From positions 1 to 24,681 of the forward strand of contig JAJRRE010000099.1 of assembly GCA_024279745.1 (NCBI GenBank): a stretch of DNA of 24,681 bases, read 5' to 3'. Both the position numbers and the translations under genes were made by a program. Shown piece by piece: positions 15,709-23,777 of the stretch (position 1 is the stretch's first letter; each line of letters opens with the position of its first letter). This DNA comes from Alphaproteobacteria bacterium (GTDB lineage Bacteria; Pseudomonadota; Alphaproteobacteria; Rhizobiales; Hyphomicrobiaceae). Under the pieces are notes generated by a model. The model saw nothing but the letters and a program-made list of their open reading frames with translations, searched no databases and had not been told where the DNA came from.

Positions 15709-16132
15709 TCATGTCTCTGTTCGGTTGTTGACTTTGGTGCCGGCGCGGCATTCACCCGCGGCGCTGGTAGTTAGCTTTGCTATTGGTATTGCTGTTGGCT
15801 TTGTTAGCGGCCCAGCGCACTAGCCCACTGGCAAATTTAATGGCTGCGCTGGCGCACCGGCGCGCCGGCAAATTTAAAGACTGTTCTGGCGCAAAACACG
15901 TATTTCAAACCTCCACCCTCCAAAACTTTTGCACAGGCGAAGGGCGCAGAGCCGACCATTAACCCAATAACCAGTGTTCATTATGGGATTCTATGTTGAT
16001 TGGTACGGCAAAAGCAATGTTGCAATGCAGTAACATCTACAATGTCTTGATGTTCGGTTGCATTTCATCGCGTTATAATCCTATGCTTGTCGTGTCATCT
16101 TTGTCACTAGCAATTTAAATGTTTGGATTTCA

Positions 16133-16834
16133 ATGGGACGGCGTTCAACTCATACGCCAGAGCAACTACGCAAACTCATACTTGATGCTGCTCAGGCAAT
16201 AATCGAAGACCAGGGACTTTCCGGTCTGTCCGCGCGCGAAATTGCACGGCGCATAAGTTATTCCCCCGGCACGATCTATAATATGTTCGATAATCTCGAC
16301 GATGTTATTTTGAACGTCGAGGCACGAATTTTGGATGATCTGCGTGAAAGGTTGCAAAGTGTTCTGCTTGAAGCACCGCCGTCGAGCGAAGCGGTTTTGA
16401 GATTGGCGCGCAACTATATGGATTTCACTCATGAACGGCCACGGCTGTGGAATGTGTTATTTGAACATTATATGCCTGAAGGCACCGACGTGCCGCAATG
16501 GTATCAAGATAAACTTGAAGAGCTGATGGCGTGTGTCGAAACCTCCTTGGGCTCGCATTTTACGCCCAGCCAGGATGATGAGCGGCGCCGGGCGGCCCGC
16601 GTATTATGGGCCGGCGTGCATGGCATCACCTCGCTATCGACCGCCAACAAGCTCGCCAGCGTGACCTCGCAAAGCGCCAGCCGGTTGGTTGATGATCTGG
16701 TTGGGACTTATTTGGCTGGGCTGGAAGCTGGTGCAGGCGTGGACGCCGATTCAGATAGCGGTTCAGACCGTGGTTCCGGCGCTATAGCCGTTGACGCCGG
16801 TACAGCAGCCGGCGGGTCGCCAGCCGGTGAGTAA
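16133..16834 (+). CDS. TetR/AcrR family regulator, WHG-type C-domain, with low-complexity tail
   Basis: 'ILDAAQAII..GLSGLSAREIARRISYSPGTIYNMF' HTH and 'VLWAGVHGITSL' (W-x-x-x-HG). Acidic Gly/Ser tail. Confidence 0.92.
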   Translation: MGRRSTHTPEQLRKLILDAAQAIIEDQGLSGLSAREIARRISYSPGTIYNMFDNLDDVILNVEARILDDLRERLQSVLLEAPPSSEAVLRLARNYMDFTHERPRLWNVLFEHYMPEGTDVPQWYQDKLEELMACVETSLGSHFTPSQDDERRRAARVLWAGVHGITSLSTANKLASVTSQSASRLVDDLVGTYLAGLEAGAGVDADSDSGSDRGSGAIAVDAGTAAGGSPAGE

Positions 16835-18408
16835 GAACTCATAGCGCCGCTTTTCTTCTTGCTAACAAATCCATCATCGCCTTCGCTTTGTTGGCGCCTT
16901 GCCCGCTCGACGCCAACCACAACACCCGCATCATTGCTACCTGCAACAGTCCCAGCCTCGTCGGCCTCACTAAGGGGAAATAGATGCGCGATTGAATTGG
17001 CGTAAAAGGTCAGCAGCTCAATTTCCTTGTCGCAGATTTTATAAATCCCGTCATCCTCGCGCACCAGATGCCGCAGGATTAACTGCCGCACGCCGACTGT
17101 CACGGAATATTCAAGATCCTTGCGCGGCATATGCACATGGGAACCGCGTGTTTGCAGGAAATGGATCATCGCCATCACCGCACCCTTCAGCTCAATGCCG
17201 CTCATCCCCGTCTGCCCCGCCGCCAGCAAGGCGCGCGCGACCAGCGACACCGGCAGGGCAGGAACGACTGCGCCGATCTCGCCCATCAGATGCATACCCA
17301 GGCGCTCGATTTCCTCAAAGCGGCGCTCATTGCTCAGCGCGCGAAACTCGACGCCGCGATTGCGCATATGCTGGCGTAAAGAATAAGGGCGACCAAAACT
17401 CACCGCCGCATAACCATAGCGATACCAACGCCCGCGTAGTCGCAGCCAAAGATTGCGCGCAATGAATTTTAAAAATACGCTCGGATTAAACGCAAAGCGC
17501 GGCTTCTTTTTCGGCTCGCCCGGTTTTCGGCTAGCAAGCCGGGCGGCGGAGCGCAGCAGCACGCGGTCCTCCAGCACCCGGTCATAATTGATCCCGACGG
17601 GCACGAAGACAATATCGCGCCTCGCTTTCAGGTCAAAATTGGAGACCATATAACTAAGCAGGCCCAGCTTGGGCGGCAACAGGGCGCCGGACCGCGACAG
17701 CCCGCCTTCGGGGAACACCGCCTGCACCACCCCGGCCTCGGTCGCCATTTGCACATAGCGCGCCAGCACCTGCCGATAGAGCTTGTTGGACGAGCTGTCA
17801 CGGCGCACAAAATAGCCGCCCATGGCGCGAATGAAACTTTGCAGCAGCCAGACGCGCGCCCATTCGCCGACCGCATAAGACAGCGCCGAGCTGGCCGAGA
17901 CCATATAGGTGACCAGCACATAATCCATATTCGAGCGGTGATTGATCACGAACACGACACTGGCATCGTCGTCGATCTTGGCCAAAGCCTCTTCATCAAT
18001 CGCGCCCAGCCGGACCCTATATAAAAAGGTCGAAACCTTCCGGGCGAGCCGCATGGCAAAGCCGAAATAGGTGTAGGCGCTGAACGACGGTACGATCTCG
18101 CGCGCATAGCGTTTGGCCCGCGCCAGCACCACCTCATGCGGCTCGCCGGTGCGCGCGGCCTCCTCGTCGATGGCCTTCATCACGGCGGCATCGAACAACA
18201 GACTGTCGATTAACTTGGTGCGCTTGGCCAGCTTGAATGGCGGGATTTTCAACGTCAGCTTATTGTTCAGCTTATCGATGGCGCGGTTCAGCCGGCGGCG
18301 CAGCACCCAGCGCATGGTCGGCATCAAAAACCGGTCAAGTAGGCCCAGGACCGCCAGCAATCCGGCAACCACAACCAACCAAACTGGCAGCTCCACCATG
18401 GCTGACAC
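16708..18408 (-). CDS. Glycerol-3-phosphate/1-acyl-G3P acyltransferase (PlsB/PlsC superfamily)
   Basis: 'NHRSNMDY' (HX4D), 'YFVRR', 'VFPEGGLSRSG', 'VPVGINYDRVLE'. GGAGG 7 nt before GTG 18408 (ATG 18399 alternative). About 85 aa low-complexity tail. Confidence 0.9.
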   Translation of the reverse strand: MSAMVELPVWLVVVAGLLAVLGLLDRFLMPTMRWVLRRRLNRAIDKLNNKLTLKIPPFKLAKRTKLIDSLLFDAAVMKAIDEEAARTGEPHEVVLARAKRYAREIVPSFSAYTYFGFAMRLARKVSTFLYRVRLGAIDEEALAKIDDDASVVFVINHRSNMDYVLVTYMVSASSALSYAVGEWARVWLLQSFIRAMGGYFVRRDSSSNKLYRQVLARYVQMATEAGVVQAVFPEGGLSRSGALLPPKLGLLSYMVSNFDLKARRDIVFVPVGINYDRVLEDRVLLRSAARLASRKPGEPKKKPRFAFNPSVFLKFIARNLWLRLRGRWYRYGYAAVSFGRPYSLRQHMRNRGVEFRALSNERRFEEIERLGMHLMGEIGAVVPALPVSLVARALLAAGQTGMSGIELKGAVMAMIHFLQTRGSHVHMPRKDLEYSVTVGVRQLILRHLVREDDGIYKICDKEIELLTFYANSIAHLFPLSEADEAGTVAGSNDAGVVVGVERARRQQSEGDDGFVSKKKSGAMSSYSPAGDPPAAVPASTAIAPEPRSEPLSESASTPAPASSPAK

Positions 18409-18510
18409 CGCCTGACCTCCCCTGACACCTTGCGACGCTTTGCACATCGCCTGCCGGGTAGCATAAGACTAATTGGGGAGAATTAGAAGCGTCTCATAAA
18501 CAACAGCTTT

Positions 18511-18738
18511 GTCATCGCGCGGCTTGGCCTGGTTGAGATAACGAGTGTCCGATGAATGACGGATGCTGATCGCAAAATACTGGATGTCGTCGCGGGGCTT
18601 GTTCCCGCGATCCCGGTTGCCATGAAACAGATGCCGCAGCTGTGCTGAAAATGAACCAATTCAACCAATTCACCGATTTGAAACGGGATACCGGTGACCC
18701 CGGCAACGAGTGCCGGGGCAGGCAAGCACCGGTATGAC
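18511..18738. repeat. Cluster of REP-like palindromic elements (GTCAT...GCTTG...ATCC type)
   Basis: Plus 18586-18613 GTCGTCGCGGGGCTTGTTCCCGCGATCC. Minus 18738-18686 GTCATACCGGTGCTTG[insert]TCACCGGTATCC. Degenerate partial copy GTCATCGCGCGGCTTGGCC at 18511-18529. Confidence 0.7.
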
Positions 18739-18814
18739 AATTCTGGGTTTATACGGCACCGACGCGGCCCAACCACCAATTGAGTGTTTTATCCTCAGGA
18801 GACCCGTGAATTCA

Positions 18815-19678
18815 TCAAGGGGCTCCCAGGGGGCGCGGGATGGGAGAGGTCTTCTCGTGCTCGCTTGTTCCGCTGGGCTTCTTTGTCGGCAGTGAGCCGG
18901 TGATGATCATCGAACTTTCGCGGCCATTAATCCGCGCATGCAGTTTCTTGAGGCCCTCACCGTTGAACAGGCCAAACCATTTTCCTTGCGGCATTAGCTT
19001 ATTGTGCAACGTCGTCCACAGCGGCTTGGCGGTGATACCGTCGACAAAGACCTGCGTTGGCGGCGTCAGCAGAAAGGCGATCACGGTGGCAATAGCCATG
19101 GCGCTGGTATGGCCCATATGTTTGCGGTCAATGAGCTTCAGGGCACTGCCGAATGAGCGCTTGATACGCGCGCCCATCACATCAACGGAATAAATCTCAT
19201 CAAGCGTCAGATGCACCAGATAACCGATGAACGTAAAGGCGCCCGCCAGCCAGGCTACCCCCTCATGACGCTGCAGCACATAGCGATAAATGATCGCCGT
19301 CACAAACCAGAAGAACACGCCCGCCAGCACCGAATGATATATGCCGCGATGATAGGACATGCGGTGGAAGATGAAATAGGCGACATAGCGAATGGAAATA
19401 TAAGTGCCGATCCACAAGATCCACATTTCGGCAATGGACAGCTGGGCGACAAAGACAAACAGCATGGCAAAGGAGATGAACAACCCAAGGCCGTTGAACA
19501 TCGCTTGCGAGGGGCGCGATTCTTTCAAATCAATATCAGGAAGGACCGAGCCAACCACACCGGCGATGGCAACCGCCAGCACATTTTCCGGCGACACAGC
19601 GTCGGCTGCCAGGGTCAGGGTCGCCAGCGCACCGCTGACTAGCGTGCCAACGGCGATATGGGTCGGGAAATTGGCCAT
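18815..19678 (-). CDS. Membrane-bound metal-dependent hydrolase (YdjM-like)
   Basis: 'MANFPTHIAVG', 'GSVLPDID', 'HRGIYHS', 'GYLVHLTLD', several TM segments. GGAG RBS 9 nt upstream of ATG 19678. Confidence 0.88.
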   Translation of the reverse strand: MANFPTHIAVGTLVSGALATLTLAADAVSPENVLAVAIAGVVGSVLPDIDLKESRPSQAMFNGLGLFISFAMLFVFVAQLSIAEMWILWIGTYISIRYVAYFIFHRMSYHRGIYHSVLAGVFFWFVTAIIYRYVLQRHEGVAWLAGAFTFIGYLVHLTLDEIYSVDVMGARIKRSFGSALKLIDRKHMGHTSAMAIATVIAFLLTPPTQVFVDGITAKPLWTTLHNKLMPQGKWFGLFNGEGLKKLHARINGRESSMIITGSLPTKKPSGTSEHEKTSPIPRPLGAP

Positions 19679-19858
19679 GGGAAACGTCTCCAATTGCTGA
19701 TGCTGGCTGCGTTTTGCGCGTTGTGCTCTGTGCGCTGTGCTCTGGGCGGCACGCCTAGATGATTGGAAAGCCGCTTGTTTGACAGCCAAGGGATCAGATT
19801 CGGCAACGCGCCGGTAGCGCCTTGCAGCTAAAACATGTGGATGAAGGGCCCCGTGCCC

Positions 19859-21436
19859 CTAATCGCCAAAGATCTGCGAGAAGAAGCTTTTGGCCTGTTT
19901 GGCTTTGCGTTTGCGCTTGGCGCGCCTGACACGGCGTTTTTTGGCATTTTGCGCGTAGGACCGCGAAACCCGCCTGCAAGAGCCGGCAATCTGACGGGCC
20001 AAAGACTTCGGCGCTGCTTTCGCCGGTTGCCAAGCTTTGCATAATTTTCCGATAACTCCCGGATCGCCTGCGCTGCCGCTCACACAATACAGACCCGAGC
20101 CGTCGTTTTGCGGTGTAAACCGCACACCCCTGGCGCCGCTGCCCTTGTTGTCCAGCGCTTTGGCCAAATGGTTCAGCACATAGACCCGTTTGCGTGCTTT
20201 GGCCGGTTTCATAACGCGGGTTTGGCGATGCATATTGGTCAGCGGCAGAACCTGTATCGCGCGCATTTCCAGCTTGCCGTTTGGCCGCTTCAGCAGATGT
20301 AATTTTGCCAGCAAACCATAATCGCGGCACAGGCCCTGCGGCGCCATATTGGCGGTGCCGAAATGCAGGAAATTACCCAGCCCGTAGATCACGACTTTGC
20401 CGCCGCGCAACTCCACGCCGCGCGCCACATGGGCATGATGACCCAGCACCAGATCAACGCCCGCTTCACCAACGGCAATGGCGCTCAGCTTGCGGCGCTC
20501 GGAGCGGTCAACGCGCACATCACGCTCAATACCGTAATGAACCGACAGGATCTTGTAGCTTGCCGGCGCTTTGGACAGGCGCTGCGTGACAGCTGCAAAA
20601 TCGCTTTTAGATTGATAGGACATCTGGCCGATGCGCGTCTCACCGGCGCGGTGCGAGGGAAAACTGCCGGTGGTGATGCCCAAAGCCGAGGCCATAATGC
20701 GCGTGTTCTTGATATCCATTGGCCAGGGCCGCCCGGCGTCTTCGCGGCCCTGGCCAAGCCCCGGCCAGGCCAGCAAGCCGGCGTCTTCGCCCAACTTCTC
20801 CAAATGCTTCAGGGTGGCGCGCGCACCAGCGGCGGCAAAGTCCATCGAATGGTTATTGGCCGTGGAAAATAGATTGAAACCAATTTTGGTGAGGTGCCGG
20901 GCGCCGCCAGGGTGCATGCGAAAATTGAAAGATTTATTCTCGCGCCGGTGCTTGTTGCTGGCGGTGACAACGGTCTCAAGGTTCATGAAATTAATGTCGC
21001 CGTTGATTTCATGCCTGATGTCGCGAGTGGCGCGCGCCCACGGTATAAACCCGCCATGCTTATAGCCGCCGCCTGGACGCACCCGCGCCATATGCGCGTT
21101 CAGCCCCGTATCGCCAACGGCTACCAGAGTTATGACGGTTGCGTCTGTTTTGCCGAGTGCCGTTGAGCCAGGGCTGGCCTTGGGCCGCATGCGACTTGGT
21201 CGCAAGCTGTTTGGATTGCCCAACTCACGCGGTAGTTTCAGCGGTAGTTTCAAAAGGCGCGAAAGCACGCGCGGTTCTGCGGTCGCCATGTCTACGCCGT
21301 CAAGCCCCGGCTCGATGGCCAAGGCCGGAGCTGCAACCGGTGCGCCGCCCGAGATGATCAGCGCGGCGTAGGCAATCGCTGTGCCCCGCCTGACCCAAAT
21401 AAATTTCACCCTGCCGCGCGCGGCGCCCCTGCCCAT
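19859..21436 (-). CDS. CapA / PGA_cap family metallophosphoesterase-fold exported protein
   Basis: 'VAVGDTG', 'NLET', 'ANNHSMDF', 'VHYGIE', 'GHHAHV', 'YGLGNFL'. N-terminal hydrophobic segment and strongly basic C-terminal tail. Start uncertain (21436 or 21442). Confidence 0.88.
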   Translation of the reverse strand: MGRGAARGRVKFIWVRRGTAIAYAALIISGGAPVAAPALAIEPGLDGVDMATAEPRVLSRLLKLPLKLPRELGNPNSLRPSRMRPKASPGSTALGKTDATVITLVAVGDTGLNAHMARVRPGGGYKHGGFIPWARATRDIRHEINGDINFMNLETVVTASNKHRRENKSFNFRMHPGGARHLTKIGFNLFSTANNHSMDFAAAGARATLKHLEKLGEDAGLLAWPGLGQGREDAGRPWPMDIKNTRIMASALGITTGSFPSHRAGETRIGQMSYQSKSDFAAVTQRLSKAPASYKILSVHYGIERDVRVDRSERRKLSAIAVGEAGVDLVLGHHAHVARGVELRGGKVVIYGLGNFLHFGTANMAPQGLCRDYGLLAKLHLLKRPNGKLEMRAIQVLPLTNMHRQTRVMKPAKARKRVYVLNHLAKALDNKGSGARGVRFTPQNDGSGLYCVSGSAGDPGVIGKLCKAWQPAKAAPKSLARQIAGSCRRVSRSYAQNAKKRRVRRAKRKRKAKQAKSFFSQIFGD

Positions 21437-21557
21437 AACCACTCCGATGTCCCCACAAACGATTCTGGAAACACCATAGCGTGAATAAGGGAAACCCGCA
21501 TCAAGGAAACTACGAGGGTATACTCACAATTGCTTATAAACGCTGTCCAAAATGTAA

Positions 21558-22976
21558 TCAGCCTCCTGCTGATTTCGACGTACTGCCCCACAGATCATAT
21601 TCGTCGGCGTGCTCAACCGTTACGGAAACAATATCGCCAGCGGCGACCCCGGTCTCGCCCCCGACTTCATCCCCGACCTCACCATTAAGAAAAACCGAGC
21701 CGTCTATGTCCGGCGCGTCCCATTTAGAGCGGGCGAACGCGCCTTCCTCGTCAACCTCGTCAATAATCACATCAATGGTCTTGCCGACCTGTTTGGCCAG
21801 CAGCCCGGCGCTGATCTGTTTTTGCCGCGCCATGAAGCGGTGCCAGCGCTCTTCCTTGATCTCTTCAGGCACCGCGGCGCCCAGATCATTGGCCTTGGCG
21901 CCAGCAACCGGCTCATATTTAAAACAGCCAACGCGGCTCAGCTGCGCTTCATCAAGCCAGTCCAGCAGCATCTCAAAATCGTCTTCCGTTTCGCCTGGAA
22001 AGCCGACAATGAAGGTGGAGCGAATGGCCAGCTCCGGGCAAATCTCGCGCCACTGCGCAATGCGCTTGGCGGTTTTGTCCTGATTGCCCGGGCGGCGCAT
22101 GGCTTTCAAAATGCGCGGGCTGGCATGTTGAAACGGGATATCGAGATAGGGCAGAATTTTGCCCTCAGCCATCAGCGGGATGACCTTGTCGACATGGGGG
22201 TAGGGATAAACATAGTGCATTCGCACCCACACACCCAACTCGCCCAGCGCCGCCGCCAGCTCGTAAAACCGCGCTGGCAGGTCCTGCCCCTTCCATCGGC
22301 TTGGAGCATATTTAATATCCACACCATAAGCCGACGTGTCCTGGCTGATCACCAACAATTCCTTGACGCCTGCCGCCACCAGCCGTTCGGCTTCCGCCAT
22401 GACATTGCCGATGGGCCGCGACACCAGCCGCCCGCGCAGATCGGGAATAATGCAAAAGGAGCAGCTATTGTTGCAGCCTTCCGAGATCTTCAGATAAGCA
22501 TAATGGCGCGGCGTCAGGCGGACCCCTTGCGGCGGCACAAGGGCGGCGAACGGGTTGTCAATCGGCGGCACGGCGTCATGCACGGCGCTGACCACCTGCT
22601 CATATTGGTGCGGCCCCGTCACTGCCAGCACGCCGGGATGCTCTTGCTTGATGCGCTCCTTGTCGGCGCCGACGCCCAGACAGCCGGTGACGATCACACG
22701 GCCATTGAGCGCCATGGCTTCACCGATGGCCTCCAGGCTCTCGGCTTTGGCCGTATCAAGAAAGCCGCATGTATTGACCACAACCACATCGGCGCCGGCA
22801 TAATCGGGCGCCACCTCATAGCCGTCGGCGCGCAGCTTGGTGATGATCCGCTCGCTATCGACCAATGCTTTGGGGCAGCCAAGCGAGACAAAGCCCACTT
22901 TGGGCATGGTCAGGGTCGGCAGCTCATCATCTGAGCCGATTGCGAGGTCTTGCGGATTTTGGCTGTTTTTGGTCAT
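21558..22976 (-). CDS. rimO: Ribosomal protein S12 methylthiotransferase
   Basis: '[13 protein letters not shown]', 'NTCGFL', 'VTGCL', radical-SAM '[13 protein letters not shown]', '[10 protein letters not shown]', C-terminal TRAM '[11 protein letters not shown]'. Start 22976 or 22907. Confidence 0.97.
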   Translation of the reverse strand: MTKNSQNPQDLAIGSDDELPTLTMPKVGFVSLGCPKALVDSERIITKLRADGYEVAPDYAGADVVVVNTCGFLDTAKAESLEAIGEAMALNGRVIVTGCLGVGADKERIKQEHPGVLAVTGPHQYEQVVSAVHDAVPPIDNPFAALVPPQGVRLTPRHYAYLKISEGCNNSCSFCIIPDLRGRLVSRPIGNVMAEAERLVAAGVKELLVISQDTSAYGVDIKYAPSRWKGQDLPARFYELAAALGELGVWVRMHYVYPYPHVDKVIPLMAEGKILPYLDIPFQHASPRILKAMRRPGNQDKTAKRIAQWREICPELAIRSTFIVGFPGETEDDFEMLLDWLDEAQLSRVGCFKYEPVAGAKANDLGAAVPEEIKEERWHRFMARQKQISAGLLAKQVGKTIDVIIDEVDEEGAFARSKWDAPDIDGSVFLNGEVGDEVGGETGVAAGDIVSVTVEHADEYDLWGSTSKSAGG

Positions 22977-23024
22977 GAGCGCGCTTTTAGAGGCGTTGCA
23001 GGCTTTACGCAAGACGGGGGCCGT

Positions 23025-23072
23025 AAGATGGCGGGCGCAGGATGGGACCGAAGATGGCGGGCGCAGGATGGG
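23025..23072. repeat. 22-bp perfect direct repeat (26-bp period) in the rimO/YHS divergent intergenic region
   Basis: AAGATGGCGGGCGCAGGATGGG at 23025-23046 and 23051-23072. Confidence 0.95.
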
Positions 23073-23241
23073 GTGCGCGATCGCGATCGCACATTTTGGC
23101 TCTCAACTGTGAACCGTCTGAGCCCCCAAACTGTGATAACGCCAAATCAACACAGAAGTGATGGCAGCGCGCGCGCACGCCGCTGGTTTCATACCGTTGA
23201 TCAACTATGATGGTGCCAAATCAAACAGGAGAATTGCCCCC

Positions 23242-23712
23242 ATGACCTTTTATCGTGTGCCATTCAGCGCCATCTTCAGCGCCGCATTAATTATTTTTAC
23301 GGCGCTATCCCTTTCAAGTCAGGACGCCCGCGCTGAAATACCTACGGTATTCCAGGATAATAAAATCGCCGTTTCCGGCGCCGATGTCGTGGCCTATTTT
23401 ACCAACGGCCGCCATGTCAAAGGCACAAACACCTTCACCGCCAAACATGACGGCGCTATCTGGCAATTTTCTTCCGCTGCAAATCGCGAACTGTTTAAAG
23501 CCGAGCCGGTTAAATACGCACCGCAATTTGGCGGCTATTGCGCTTATGCCGTGTCGCAGGGCGCCACCGCCACCACCATTCCCGAAGCCTGGAGCATCGT
23601 CGATGGCAAACTCTATCTGAATTATTCATTGGGTGTGAAGACCCGTTGGGAAGCCGATAAGGCGCGCTACATCAGCCAAGCTAAAAAGAACTGGCCCGGC
23701 GTTTTGAAGTGA
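23242..23712 (+). CDS. Exported YHS-domain protein (YHS/seleno-associated family, Cys form)
   Basis: CAGGAG RBS and signal peptide. 'AVSGADVVAYF', 'WQFSSAANRELFKAEPVKYAPQFGGYCAYAVS', 'WSIVDGKLYLNY', 'NWP'. Confidence 0.9.
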   Translation: MTFYRVPFSAIFSAALIIFTALSLSSQDARAEIPTVFQDNKIAVSGADVVAYFTNGRHVKGTNTFTAKHDGAIWQFSSAANRELFKAEPVKYAPQFGGYCAYAVSQGATATTIPEAWSIVDGKLYLNYSLGVKTRWEADKARYISQAKKNWPGVLK

Positions 23713-23749
23713 GCGCGCCCTGAAGGTAATTGGCAGAAACGTCTCCCGC

Positions 23750-23777
23750 TGAACACTAGTGTTGAACACTAGTGTTC
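23750..23777. repeat. 13-bp tandem duplication, each copy containing the 12-bp palindrome AACACTAGTGTT
   Basis: TGAACACTAGTGT at 23750-23762 and 23763-23775, between convergent stops. Confidence 0.93.

Noticed and set aside
18483-18779. 98-aa minus-strand ORF in the acyltransferase/hydrolase spacer
   Set aside because: No recognisable motif or RBS, and it runs through the palindromic repeat cluster, which better explains the region.
21609-22934. 441-aa plus-strand ORF antisense to rimO, and other long shadow ORFs (e.g. 1744-region, 6433-6909, 20363-20872)
   Set aside because: They lie wholly opposite or within well-supported genes. GC-rich codon bias produces such open antisense frames, and they have no family motifs.
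23539-23541. Possible selenocysteine recoding in the YHS gene
   Set aside because: The GGYC motif Cys is encoded by TGC, not TGA, and there is no in-frame internal stop.
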